Position numbers and translations under genes: made by a program | The notes under the pieces: model-generated | What the model was told of the DNA's origin: nothing | The model's database searches: none | Seen by the model: only the letters and a program-made list of their open reading frames with translations | Source: Malacoraja senta | Taxonomy: Eukaryota | Reading direction: 5' to 3' | Length of the DNA stretch: 64,000 bases | Assembly (NCBI GenBank): GCA_038087875.1 | Contig: CM075994.1 | Span: 8,682,001-8,746,000, forward strand | Shown here: in pieces, positions 13,401 through 26,572 of the stretch | How the letters are laid out: every line of letters starts with the position of its first letter | Position numbering within the stretch: the first letter of the stretch is position 1

Positions 13401-13545
13401 AAGTAAAACTTTCGGTAGTCAATCTAAGTGGAAACTGTCCATAATTCGAAACTAGATTATTTAATGGAAAAAGCTCACTCTTACTAAGATTTAGTTTATA
13501 ACCAGAAAAACTACTAAATTGATTAAGTAATGCTACTAGTATGTC
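10418..13545 (-). mobile_element. L1-clade LINE, 5'-truncated ORF2 and 3' UTR
   Basis: FSGYKLNLSKSE, FTYLGIKIT, GGLALPNLRLYYWA, IAFTTLIARRSILFKWK; decayed CCHC region; AATAAA plus (AAAG)n tail at the left end. Confidence 0.9.
12130..13170. mobile_element. 1041-bp non-autonomous TIR DNA transposon with 7-bp TSD (copy 1)
   Basis: Termini TAGGTATGTTACAAAA / TTTTGTAACATTGCTA; TSD CATTTTG at 12123-12129 and 13171-13177; near-identical to 43859-44899. Confidence 0.9.
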
Positions 13546-13559
13546 CGTGGAACTTACTG

Positions 13560-14504
13560 GAATGCATGCGTGAGGTTCAAGAATAGTCTGCCATGGCATC
13601 AAGATTTGCGATACCCTCGCAAACAAAGGAGCCGCTGCAAGAAGAGTTGGCTTCCAGCATCAACTACCTCACGTCACATCATTACAGGAACAGATGACGG
13701 CTGCAAAATACCATACACCTGTAAATTGTGCATTCCTGAAAGTGCCGGCAGTGAACAGTGCTATCTGGGGAGACATTGGAGGGGGCATCAAAACCCAGGA
13801 AATGAAACTCCAACAAATTTTAAAATTACTGGCCTCAGGCATCACGGCATTTGCCAGATCTGTGGATGGCGGGCCCTTATCGGACGTCCAGCAGGATGCC
13901 CTGGCGTTGATGTGCAATGCACACTTTGAAATGTACTGCTTTCAGAAGAATGCCATCAGACCTGCCTTAAATCCCAAATTTGCAGACTTATGTAAGGCCA
14001 GCAATATCCAGCCGCCAAATCTTCTCTTCGGGGAAGACCTACCCAAACAGGTAAAAGACCTGGATGAGGAAGCAAAAGCTGTCGGACTAATCAAGGTACC
14101 AACGACGAGCAAAGCTTCACTGTTTCGGCGACAACACCCCTACGCCTCCATCGGCAGTAAGCGGTTCACTGAAGCTGGTGGCAGCCCGAAAGCTGATTCT
14201 CTGGGCAGAGGTCTTTTAGGCCAAGGCCCAAGCCGGCCCTCAGGGAAAATGCGCAATCCACGTACCCCAGCAGTCCTACCCTCCAAATCTCGAGGACGGA
14301 AATAGAACCCGCATCAGGGGCCTTTGGGCTTACCATAAGACCACCGGTAACCATGGAGGTAGGTGGGTCTGGTTCTTTCCAAAACATGGGGTGTGTGGAC
14401 CAGTTACAAGTTTACAATATACACCAAGTTGAGCATTTATTCATTCCAAACAAAAAGGTTTGGATATACAAGCAGATAGATGAAGGATGTCGGATCATCC
14501 TTGA
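13560..14504 (+). mobile_element. Fragment of a second DIRS subfamily (gag-like ORF end, deleted RT start)
   Basis: ORF 13694..14305 (LKVPAVNSAIW...ALALMCNAHFEM...NLLFGEDLPKQVKDL); ends in RT text EGCRIILD just before the next element. Confidence 0.8.
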
Positions 14505-16694
14505 TTTTACTTCGGAGTCACGTGAGTGACTACGTGAAGAACCCCGCCAGTGCGCCTGCGCGTCATTACGTCAGACGCCTTGTCGCAAACGGACGTGAGG
14601 AGCAGAGCTCCTCAGTGGATTTGTAGTTTTTTAACTACAAGGTAAGTTAAAACTTTTTTAGTATTTTTTCATGTCCGTTTAGTGGGTCTGTGGGGATTTC
14701 TACCACAGATGCCATGGGAAAAAAACGGGCAGGGGGAAGAGGCGAGCGACACAGCCGACAGAAAGTCGGGAAAGTTGGGAGTCTGCGGGTAGCGACCAAC
14801 CGCCTCTAAAACCCCGGTACAGTCGTCAGCGGTGAGCATAGCGACTGTGGACCTGGGGCAGTCAACGCCTGTCGGGCGCAAGTCCAAGTCCGAATTGAAA
14901 CGGGCCACGGAGGAGGAGTCCCAGGAAATGGAAGCTCCAGGGCTAGATACTGCTTTTTAAGCGTATTGCCCAAATGGAAAGCCTGCTACATAGGCTGTTG
15001 GAGCAAAGCACACTCAGGTAAGAGTGTACTGAAATCCAAGCTGCTGGAAGCAGCTTAAACAGCTCCTGGTTCAGGGCTGATAGAATGCACCCTCAGGGAT
15101 GAGGAGCGTGCCACGGGTCATGAGATTTCAGACCCCGATTCTGACGGTGAGGCTCTATGTGATTTGTCACAGTAGCCGTGATGTACGTGATGTACAGATG
15201 TTCCACCCCTGGCAGTATGATTCGCTGCCCCGTCAGAGTCAGGAGAGCCATTAGAAGAGAATTGGCCTCCCTAATAAATTACTTGGTTTCCCATCAGCTG
15301 GAACAGCAGGAAATGGATGAGAATGCAAGAAAATATGAGTTGAGTATGATTATGAGAACTCAAGAATTGAAATGGCAGAGAATATTAAAGCTGCTGGAAT
15401 CTGGAATAACTGCTTTGCCAGAATAGCGGATAAAAGCCAAGAGATGACGGAGTTGCATCAGAAAGCACTGGGAGCAGCACCCACTTCGAGATCAATTGTC
15501 CGAGGAAAGGTGCTATACGGCCTACTATGAATCCGAAATTCGCAGCACTCTGCAAACCAAGTAATGTACAATTACCCAACTTACTCTTTGGAGAGGATCT
15601 CGAGAGATGTGTTAAAGAGTTGGAAGATGAAGCGAAAACAGGATTGATGAAAACATCAATGGTTGTAAAGTCTGTAAAGAGGAATATCCTTTCAGACGTC
15701 ATACGGATCCTGGACAGGACCAAGTCGCTCATTAACGCAGGGACGTAGCTGGTGGCCTGCAGCGGGAGCAAGAACCAGTGAGGGTGCTTCCGGGAGAATC
15801 CAGGAATCTCAGAGTACTCAAATGACTCAAGAGGTAGGTGGACCTGGTTCTCATGGGAACATACTAACTGGATTAAGTCTAAAAGTTGGAGGCAGATTAT
15901 GTCTCTTCTATAAACAATTGGAAGATTACTTCAGATGTGGTAATTCTGAATAGTATACAAGGATTTCGAATTGAATTCAATCCAAATTATGATTTGCCTG
16001 TCCAGCATGTTCCTCGCAGAATTCTCCACTTCTTCGGCATGGACTTGAAGGGCCGAGATGGCCTGTTTTCCTGCTGTAATTGTCATATGGTTTGCACAAA
16101 AAGAAGTGATGGAGGTTCAAGCTGCGTTTCAAACCCTATATATAAAAGGTGTTATTGAAGAATCAGTCTACCAAATTCACCAATTTGTGTTAAATATATT
16201 CCCTCGATCAAAAAAGGATGGAGGATGTGGGATTATTCTAGACTTGACAAGTCTGAATCCTTTTGTTTAATTTAAACATTTTAAAAGATACATTTGTGAC
16301 TGCCAAACAACTTATTTCAGAAGCATGTCATATGGCAACTATAGATTTAAAAGATACATATTCAGTATCTTAAATTTACATGGATGAACCAGTTATGGCA
16401 GTTCAAAGCTTTGCCTAATGGGTTAACGTCCGCTCCCAGAATATTCACAAAATTATTAAAACCAATTCTGGGTTTGCTAGGAAGCCAGGGGCATGTACCA
16501 ATGGCATATTTTGGATGTCCTGATTATAGGAAGGACAAAACAGTCAACAGAAGCATCTGTGGCAGTTGTGAAATCAACTTTTGAAAGTTTGGGGTTTCTA
16601 ATTCATCCAAAGGAATCAAGGTTAACACCATGTACCTCGATTGATTATTTGGGGTTCACAATTGATTCAGTCCAAATGAAAATTACTTTGCCCA
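14505..16694 (+). mobile_element. DIRS-type retrotransposon (same family as 1-2022), truncated by the gap
   Basis: Same 5' terminus; RT motifs FPRSKKDGGCGIILDL, WQFKALPNGLTSAPRIFTKLL, LDVLIIG, YLGFTIDS; stops and frameshifts. Confidence 0.88.
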
Positions 16695-16894
16695 NNNNNN
16701 NNNNNNNNNNNNNNNNNNNNNNNNNNNNNNNNNNNNNNNNNNNNNNNNNNNNNNNNNNNNNNNNNNNNNNNNNNNNNNNNNNNNNNNNNNNNNNNNNNNN
16801 NNNNNNNNNNNNNNNNNNNNNNNNNNNNNNNNNNNNNNNNNNNNNNNNNNNNNNNNNNNNNNNNNNNNNNNNNNNNNNNNNNNNNNNNNNNNNN
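16695..16894. other. Assembly gap (exactly 200 N, probably unsized)
   Basis: Run of N; unrelated, truncated repeats on either side. Confidence 0.99.
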
Positions 16895-17183
16895 TATACG
16901 AGTTTACCCAAGAGCTCTCCGAGTAAAAAAAAAAGAAGTGAACTCGTGGTAAGCACGTGGAATGTACGTAGCGGGTACGTCGGAGCTCGGGACGTCTCTA
17001 GCGGCTCGTAACGCTAACGGCAGGTACTCGGGAAACGCGGTAAGCTCGTGAAGATTTTTCAACGCTGAAAAATGTCCACGAGAGCCCCGAGTACTCACGA
17101 GCGGCCATTACCGTAATTCTCCAAGTTCGAATCAGGGGAAACGCGGGAGAACTCTTGAATTACCTCGTACAGTGGGGCAGCCC
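16895..17183. mobile_element. Right part of a probable Harbinger-type MITE cut by the gap
   Basis: CpG-rich; ends ACAGTGGGGCAGCCCC, similar to the AAGTGGGACAGGCCC TIR of other MITEs here. Confidence 0.45.
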
Positions 17184-19414
17184 CATCAGGATGGAACCCG
17201 GGTGTCTGGTGCTGCGAGGCAGCAACTCTACTGCTGCGCCACTGTCCATCCTCCCAGAAACCAAAGCCGTCTCCCACCACGGCTACATTTTAGTTGGATT
17301 TCCATTTCAAGAAAATAAACTTAGCGGGACTGGGGAGCTGATAACCTTATCTGGGGGCTTTTAGTTCCCCGTGGAAGGTGTTAAGACAATAGGTGCAGGA
17401 GTAGGCCATTCAGCCCTTCGAGCCAGCACCGCCATTCAATGTGATCATGGCTGATCATCCCCAATCAGTACCCCATTCCTGCCTTCTCCCCATATCCCCC
17501 CACTCCGCTATCTTTAAGAGCCCTATCTAGCTCTCCCTTGAAAGTATCCAATGAACTGGCCTCCACCACCCTCTGAGGCAGAGAATTCCAGACTCACAAC
17601 TCTCTGTGTGAAAAAGTGTTTCCTTGTCTCCGTTCTAAATGGCTTACTCCCTTATTCTTAAACTGTGTGGCCCCTGGTTCTGGACTCGACCAACATTGGG
17701 AACATGTTTTCTGCCTCTAGCGTGTCCAGTCCCTTAACAATCTTATATGTTTCAATAAGATCCCCTCGCATTGTTGCTGAGGCAAGCAGTGAGAAACTAC
17801 AGCAGAGGCAAAGACAATTTAGCTAGGACGTTAGAGAGAGGGAGCAGAGCCTGGGATCCGAGATGGCCAGAGTCGGAGCTCCAGCCAACACGGCCTGAGG
17901 ACTTCGGGAGCCGCGGTCTCGGGGAGGGAGCGGCCGCTCCAGACATTCCAAGCCGCTGAGGAGTGTTTACCCGACGCCGGAGTTCCAGCTTTCTGGCAAA
18001 AGGGCCTGTAACATTGGACTGGCTGCGGAGGCCACAATAGGCCCGACTATGGGTGAACAGTGGGAACCATTGTGGGGGATGTTTTTATGTTTATTGTTAA
18101 ATTCTTTAATATTGTGTCTTATCTTTATCTGTGTGCTGCATTGGCAAGTTACAGTTCACTACACCAATTGGTGTATGTGATAATAAATGTCCTTTGTTTG
18201 TAAGAGAGTGAATCAGGCAGTGGGAACGTAAAAGTGAAGACAAAAAGCTCTATGGAGCAGGGATTATTATTTTTAAATTCGACCCAAGGAAATGCATTTA
18301 AAGCTAATTTGTTGCAACAGCAACTTTAAATTGTTCACCTACCTAATACTGCCATAAAATCTCACTGCTGATTTATCTGTCGATGTACGTGTGTATTTTC
18401 GGCGTAAACCAGCATTTGCAGTTCCTCCCTGCACATATTTATCTATTCCTTTCTTCTTCTCAGGCCCAATTTCCCCTGACGTGCATTATTCATATTTTGC
18501 AGAGTATTTGAACAACCAGAAACTTGCCATTGCAATTTAAAAAAAAAGATCTATTCGTTACGTCAAAATGACTGCTGCAAAATACCTGAGGCTGTGTCTA
18601 TGATCTCGAGCTGAATAACCTGTTTCTCCTCAGTGCAAATGGCTCAAAACGTGATGAAAATACATGAAAGACTAAATGAATAGCAGCAAGGACTGCCAAA
18701 GGGTATAAATAAAAGCATGCATGTGTGAGCAGTTGTGGGCCCCATGAATGAATGAAGAAGTTTATTGGCCAAGTATTCACATACAAGGAATTTGCCTTGG
18801 TGCTCCGTCCGCAAGTGACAACATGACATACAGTGACAGTTAGGAATGACGCATAAAACATTATTGATTAAACATGTGAATTAAATGTGAGGAAAGATGA
18901 GAGGTCCAGAAGAGGTTACAAGAACGATCCCAGGAATGATTGGGTTAATGTATGAGAGCGTTTGGCGGCGCTGGGCCTGAACTCGCTTCGAATTTCGAAG
19001 GATGAGGGGGAAAACCTCATTGAAACTTACCGAATAGTGAAAGGCGTGGAGAGGGTGGATGTGGGGAGGACATTTCCACTTGTGGAGTGTTAGGACCCGA
19101 GGGCACAGCCTCAGAATTAAAGGACGTACCTTTAGAAAGGAGGTGAGGAGGAATTTGTTTAGTCAGTGGGGGGGGGGGGGGGGTGAATCTGGGGAATTCA
19201 TCGCCACAGACGGCTGTGGAGGCCGTCATTAGGTATTTTTAGTGCCGCGATTGACAGATTCTTGATTAGTAAGGGTGTCAAAGGTTTGTGGGGAAAGGCA
19301 AGAGAATGGGGTTGAGAGGGAAAGATGATGCCATGATTGAACAGCAGAGTAGGATGAAGAGCAGAGTAGGCCTAATTCTGCTCCCAGAACTTAGAGGTTG
19401 ATGATGATGATGAT

Positions 19415-19720
19415 GAGGGATGGGATTTATATAGCGCCTTTCTAATACCCAAGGCGCTTTACATCGCATTATTCATTCACTCCTCAGTCACACTCGGTGG
19501 TGGTGAGCTACTTCTGTAGCCACAGCTGCTAATCTGCACCTACGGCCCCTCCGACCACCACCAATCACTCACACACATTCACACACATGCACACGCAGGC
19601 AAAGGTGGGTGAAGTGTCTTGCCCAAGGACACAACGACAGTATGCACTCCAAGCGGGATTCGAACCGGCTACCTTCCGGTTGCCAGCCGAACACTTAGCC
19701 CATTGCGCCATCTGTTGTCC
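19415..19720 (-). mobile_element. tRNA-derived SINE distinct from HE1, with L2-type tail
   Basis: A box TGGCGCAATGG, B box GGTTCGAATCC, core GTGTCCTTGGGCAAGACACTT, tail GTAAAGCGCCTTGGG...GGCGCTATATAAAT. Confidence 0.75.
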
Positions 19721-20334
19721 TAAAGGTCGTTGAGAAGGAACGATTAGCCCAGCCATGATTGCATGGCAGAGTAAAATTCTCTGCCTCAGAGGGTGGTGGA
19801 GGCAGGTTCCCTGGATGCTTTCAAGAGAGAGCTAGATGGGTTCATAAAAATAGCGGAGTCAGGGGATATGGGGAGAAGGCAGGAACGGGGTACTGATTGG
19901 GGATGATCAGCCATGATCACTTGAATGGCGCTGCTGGCTCGAAGGGCCGAATGGCCTCCTCTATTGTCCAGACAATGGGCCAAAATGGCCTAATTCTGCT
20001 CCTTAAGAATGTACGTTGGAGTGCCTTCATCCTTGCCCAAGGATGAAGAGGGGCTGGAGTTTAGTTCATTGTCACGTGGACTGAGGCACAGTGAAACGGT
20101 ATTGCCCCAGCGATATGGGGGAGGGGAAGAACAATGGAGGAGCCGGCGTGAGGGACCACTGTGAGGGAGAGAATAACGGAGGACTCGGCATGGAGGGACC
20201 ACTGTGAGGAAGTTGGGGGAGAACAATGGACAATTGGGGACCCGGCATGGGAATCACTGTGTGTGTGGGGGGGTGGGGGGGGAAGAACAAAAGGAGGAGC
20301 CGGCGAGCTTTGTAACTTTGTCAGCACCGTAGGT

Positions 20335-21020
20335 GGCTGCTAACACCACAGTCACATCTGTGGAGTCTTTTAAGTTCGTTGGAACCATCATCTCCAAGGA
20401 CCTTAAGTGGGGGGCCACCATCGACTCTACAGTCAAAAAGGCCCAACAGAGCATGTACTTCCTACGGCAGATGAGGAAGCACAATCTGCCACAGGCAATG
20501 ATGGTTCAATTCTACACGGCCATCGTAGAGTCTGTCCTCACCTTCTCCATCATGGTCTGGTTTGGCTCAGCCACCAAGCACGACATCCGGAGGCTGCAGC
20601 GAATCGTCCGATCAGCTGAGAAGGTTGTTGGCTGCAACCTTCCCTCCAATAACGAACTGTGCACTGCAAGGGCCAGGAAGCGAGCGGGTAAGATCATCTC
20701 TGACCCCTCACCCTGGCCACAAACTCTTTGAATCACTTCCCTCTGGAAGGCGACTCCGGACTGTCAAAGCTGCCACAGCCAGACATAAAAACAGCTTTTT
20801 TTCCCACTAGTTGCTTACTCAATAACCAAAAATCTGTAGCCTCCTTTTGCTCTGGCATTTCATTTAATTCACATGTTTAATCGATGATGTTTCATTATTG
20901 TTTAATGTTTATGTGTCATTCCTAACTGTCACTGTATGTCATGTTGTCACTTGCGGGCAGAGCACCAAGGCAAATTCCTTGTATTTGATTGCTTGGCCAA
21001 TAACCTTATTCATTCATTCA
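20335..21020 (+). mobile_element. Rex1/Babar-type LINE 3' fragment
   Basis: KKAQQSMYFLRQMRK...YTAIVESVLTFSIMVWFG...LPSGRRLR; (CATT)n tail. Related pieces at about 24315-24560, 25245-25790, 41660-42155, 55255-55745, 59055-59345. Confidence 0.8.
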
Positions 21021-21123
21021 TTTGTATACATTGGGTCGTCAAGGAAAAAATTTCACTGTGCCTAGTCACAGGTGACAATAAAATGTTCCATTCCAAGCAG
21101 CACGCTGCCATGACTCAGCCTCA

Positions 21124-21456
<333 letters not shown>

Positions 21457-21457
21457 T

Positions 21458-21635
21458 CAGTGGTTCTTAACCTGGGGGTTCTGGTCGTTTTGGTCTTTGC
21501 CGGGGGGTCATGAAGGGGACACAAATAACATATCAACTTGTTGAGCCATGTTTAGGAACCTAACAAAAGTACATACCACATACAGTATTTGTTCGCGTAT
21601 GCGTGTACTGGGTCCAAAAAGGTTAAGAACCACTG
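21458..21635. mobile_element. hAT (Charlie-like) MITE, 178 bp
   Basis: TIR CAGTGGTTCTTAACCT / AGGTTAAGAACCACTG; perfect 8-bp TSD ACCTAGTT with central CTAG. Confidence 0.9.
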
Positions 21636-22244
21636 ACCTAGTTGAGGGAACGATGTTGTTAAAGGCTGGAAATGGTGCAGAGATTTAAGACGATGTTGCC
21701 AGGACTTGAGGGCTGAGCTGTCGGCAGAGGTTGAGCAAGTTAGGACTTTATTTCTTCTTATAGAGGTGTTTCAGATCATGAGGGGAGAGAGACACAGAGT
21801 CTTTTACTCAGTGTAGGGGAATCAAGAACCAGAGGAGGGAAAGATTTAATAGGAATCTGAAGGGAAACTTGGTTTTTACAAACATACACACAAAAAGGAT
21901 TATTTATGTTTAAGAAAGAACTGCAGATGCTGTGAAAAATCAAAATGTAGACTAAAATGCTGGAGAAACTCAGCGGGTGAGGCAGGGCAGCATCCATGGA
22001 GCGAAGGAATAGGTGACGTTTCGGGTCGAGACCCTTATTCAGACTGATGTGGGGGTGGGGAAGATGACTGACTTTGGTGCCTTCCCTCACAGTGGGAAAC
22101 TTTTGATTCTGCTGTGTGGGGGATGTTTTATGTTGAACTCTATCGTGTATTGTGTTTCTTTATTTTATTGTATGGCTGTATGGTGATCACATTTCACTGT
22201 GCCAACTGGCACATGTGACAATAAATATATCTTGTAATCTTGTA

Positions 22245-22600
22245 AGGAAGAGGCGGGGACAGTGGGCTGTGGGAGAGCTGGGAAGGGAGGAGAAAGCAGG
22301 GACTACCTGAAAATTGGACAAGTCAATGTTCATACCGCTGGGGTGTAAACTACCCAAGCGAAATATGAGGTGCTGCTCCTCCAATTTACGGTGGGCTCAC
22401 TCTGGCCAGGACAGAAAGGTCGGATTGGGAATGGGAGGGGGATTGAAGTGCTGAGCCACCGGGAGATCAGGTTGGTTAATGCGAACTGTGCGGGAGGTGT
22501 TGGGCGAAGCAATCGCCAAGCCTGCGCTTGGTCTCACCGATGTAGAGCAGCTGACACCTAGAGCAGCGGATGCAATAGATGAGGTTGGAGGAGGTGCAGG
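22245..22600 (-). mobile_element. Penelope-like element GIY-YIG endonuclease fragment
   Basis: Decayed CSRCQLLYIGETKRRL...EEQHLIFRLGSLHPSGMNID; a plus-strand piece lies at about 9005-9230. Confidence 0.82.
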
Positions 22601-22849
22601 TCCACCTCCGCCTCACCACACAAAAAGGGTGGTAGGTGGATGGAACAAGCTTGCTGGCGGAGGTAGAGGCTGGAGGGGGGCGTTCTGGCAGGTATTAAAC
22701 ACAACAGGTAAATAACATTTGAACAGGTACATGGGCAGGATAGGTCTTGAGGGATATTGGGTCAAACACAGGCAGGTGGGAAAGAGTGTAGAGGTTGGTC
22801 ACGTGGGCAAGTTGGGGAGAGGGGCATGTTTCCACGTTGTACACGTAAT

Positions 22850-23657
22850 GCGGATAAATGTGAGGTTATCCACTTTGGTAGCAAAAACAGGAAGGCAGAT
22901 TACTGTCTAAATGGCGTCAAGTTGGGAAAAGGGGAAGTACAACTGGATCTGGGGTCCTTGTTCATCAGTCTATGAAAGTAAGCATGCAGTACAGCAGGCA
23001 GTGAAGAAAGCGAATGGCATGTTGGCCTTCATAATAAAAGGAGTTGAGTATAGGAGCAAAGAGGTCCTTCTGCAGTTGTACAGGGCCCTAGTGAGACCAC
23101 ACCTGGAGTATTGTGTGCAGTTTTGGTCCCCTAATTTGAGGAAGGACATTCTTGCTATTGAGGAGTGCAGCGTAGGTTTACAAGGCTAATTCCCGGGATG
23201 GCGGGACTGTCATATGCTGAGAGAATGGAGTGGCTGGGCTTGTATACTCTGGAGTTTAGAAGGATGAGACGGGATCTCATTGAAACAAATAAGATTGTTA
23301 AGGGTTTGGACACGCTAGAGGCAGGAAACATGTTCCCGATGTTGGGGGAAGTCCAGAACTAGGGGCCAGAGTTTAAGAAATAAGGAGTAGGACATTTAGA
23401 ACGGAGACGAGGAAACACTTCTTCATACAGAGAGTTGTGAGTCTGTGGAATTCTCTGTCTCTGAGGGCGGTGGAGGCCGGTTCTCTGGATGCTTTCAAGA
23501 GAGAGCTAGATAGGGATCTTTAAGATAGCGGAGTCAGGGGATATGGGGGGAAGGCAGGAACGGGGTACTGATTGAGGATGATCAGCCATGATCACATTGA
23601 ATGGCGGTGTTGGCTCGAAGGGTCGAATGGCCTACTCCTGCACCTGTTGTCTATTGT
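22850..23657 (+). mobile_element. CR1 LINE 3' fragment
   Basis: ORFs 22911..23189 and 23165..23362 encode CR1 RT C-terminus; (TATTGTC) tail. Confidence 0.9.
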
Positions 23658-26456
23658 CCTAGGGGTCACTGCCAATTCCGTTGGCAAGGTGCACCATAGC
23701 GGCTCCCTGTTTGACCACTGGCCGTACGAACTTAACATGGAGCAGAAGAGAGCAATTGCCTCGAGACCTAATGGGTGCAGGCAAGCCAGTGGGGACATCC
23801 CCAGAGAGCAAACAAATAAAAATAAATAAATGCTGGAGTATCTGAGTGGGTCGGGCAACATCTGTGGAGGGAATGGACAGACGATGATGTGAAGAAGGGT
23901 CCCGACCTGAAACGTCGCCTGTCCATTCCCCTCCACAGATGCTGCCTGACCCTCCGTGTTCTTCTGGCACAGTTTCTGCTCAAGGTTCCAGTATCTGCAG
24001 TCTCTTGCGTTCCCATAATCTCCACCAAGCACTTGAACGGCAGATTTTTGGAACTGCAGGGAAATTAAGGGCTTTGGGGGGGGGGGGGGGGGGGGGAAGA
24101 GAAACAGACAGAAAGAAGAAGTGATTAGAAAGCCTACGGACATGGTGAATGGTGAAGCAGCCTCAAGATGTCTTGCATCCATCTTTTGCATTCTTACATT
24201 TAAAAAAAAAATTCAAGTCACAGATGCAAATGTCTTTAGTTCCAGCGTCACGAAAAGCATTGCATAAGTGCATGTTTTTTTAATCTCTCTCATTATTTAA
24301 TTATTAAAAGCACCAGCACCCCACTCACCATCAACAACACCGCAGTCATATCTGTGGAGTCTTTTAAGTTCCTGGGAACCATCATCTCCAAGGACCTTAA
24401 CTGGGGGGCCACCATCGACTCTACAGTCTAAAAGATCCAACAGAGGATGTACTTCTGCGGCAGCAGAGGAAGCACAATCTGCCACAGGCAATGATGGTCC
24501 AATTCTACACGGCCATCGTAGAGTCTGTCCTCACCTTCTCCATCATGGTCTGGTTTGGCTCCTGCTGCGTTTGGCCCGTATCCCCCCCCATAACCTGGCG
24601 TATCCATGTACCTGTCTCAATGTTTCTTAAACGTTGCGATACTACCAGCCTCAACTTGTTCCATGCACTCACCACCGTTTGTGAAAAAGTTACCCCTCGG
24701 GTTCCTATCAAATCGTTCCTTGCTCAGCTTAAGCCTATGTCCTTTATTCCTTGTTTCCCCTACTCTGGGCAAGGGACTCAGAGTTGTGACTACCCGATCT
24801 ATTCCCCTATTGCGCAAGAAAGAACTGCAGATGCTGGTAAAATCGAAGGTAGACACAACATGCTGGAGTAACTCAGCGGGTCAGGCAGCATCCCTGAAGA
24901 GAAGGAATGGCCGATGTTTCAGGGCGAGACCCTCCTTCAGTCTGAAGAAGCGTCTCCACCTGAAACGTTGCCCATTCCTTCTCCAGAGATGCTGCCTGAC
25001 CTGCCTATTTCCATAACGATTTTGTACACTTCTATAAGGCCACCCCTCATCCTCCTGCGCTCCAAGGAATAGAACCCTAGCCCACCCACCTCTCCCTGTG
25101 GCTCAGGCGCTCGAGTCCTGGCGACATGCTCCCAACCTTCCCTGCCACCCTTTCTCAGCATTGTCGCACACTGTTCCACAGACAAAGTCCACTATCCACA
25201 ATGGAGTGGAGGTGCATGGAATAGTACCAGAGCTTGGAGTCGGAGAGTAGGATGTACTTCCTGCGGCAGCTGAGGAAGCACAATCTGCCACAGGCAATGA
25301 TGGTCCAATTCATCGTAGAGTCTGTCCTCACCTTCTCCATCATGGTCTGGTTTGGCTCAGCCACCAAGCACGACATCCGGAGGCTGAAGCGAATAGCTGA
25401 GAAGGTTGTTGGCTGCAACCTCCCCCCCATTGACGAACTGTACACTGCAAGGGCCAGGAAGCGAGCAGGTAAGATCATCTCTGACCCCTCTCACCCTGGC
25501 CACAAACTCTTTGAATCACTTCCCTCTGGAAGGCGACTCCGGACTGTCCTTAAAGCTGCCACAGCCAGACATAAAAAAGTTTTTTTCCACGAGTAGTAGC
25601 TCTACTCAATAACCAAAAATCTGTAGCCTCCTTTTGCTCTGGTATTTTATTTAATTCTACACCTGCTTAAATTAGAATATTTTATTTTTAATTATCTACT
25701 GTATGTCATGAAGTTACTTGTGAGCAAAGCACCAAGGCAAACTCCTTGTATGTATACATACTTGGCTAATAAAATGTAGTCAATTCAATTCTGCAATGTG
25801 GAAACAGGCCCTTCAGCCCAACTCGCCCACACTGGCCAACAATGTCCCAGATACACTAGTCCCACCTGCGTGCGCTTTGTCCATATCCCTCCAAACCTGT
25901 CCTATCCATGTACCTGTCTGTTTCTTAAATGATGGGATAGTCCCAGCCTCAACTACATCCTCTAGCAGCTTGTTCCATACACCCACCTCCCTCTGTGTGC
26001 AAAAGTTACCTTCTCAGATTCCTATTAAATCTTTTCCCTTTCACCTTGAACGTGTGTCCTCTGGTCCTCGATTCCCTACTCCGGGTAAGAGACTCTGTGC
26101 ATCTACCCGATCTATTCCTCCCATGATTTTGTACACCTCAATAAGATCTCCCCTCATCCTCCTGCGCTCCATGGAAGAGACCCAGCCTACTCAACCTCTC
26201 CCTATAGCTCACACCTTTTAGTCTGGCAACAACCTCGTAAATCCTTTTTGAACCCTTTCAAGATCTTTCCCATAACACGGTGCCCAGAATTGAACAGAAT
26301 TAAACCACCCCCCCCCCCCCTTCACCTTGAACCTACGTCCTCTGGTCCTCGATTGCCCTAATACTGGGCAAGAGACTCTGTGCATCTAACGCAGCTTGTG
26401 GAAGGGCCGTTCAGAAGCAGAGTGGAAGAGGCGATAAGGGATGATGAAGGTCTTAC

Positions 26457-26572
26457 CCGCGAGAGTCCAGGCTGGAACCCCTGGTGCTGGGAGATGGGGG
26501 GAGGCATCCCGCGAGGCTGACTGCCGTAGTAATGACTCTCCAAGTAGCAGGGTGGCATCTGGCCTCCTGGGG
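26457..26572 (-). CDS. PRRC2A: PRRC2-family exon: (A)PGGQMPPCYLESHYYGSQPRGMPPPISQHQGFQPGLSR; acceptor uncertain
   Basis: Donor CGG/gtaaga, phase 0; QGFQPGLS matches PRRC2C QQQGFQPGLSQ (recalled). In-frame phase-1 acceptors are possible at 26605, 26602, 26572 and 26566. Confidence 0.82.

Noticed and set aside
18566..18620. Short minus-strand exon-like segment (VIQLEIIDTAS) before the gap
   Set aside because: Phase and sequence do not fit the expected next PRRC2 exon or any C4 exon I recognise.
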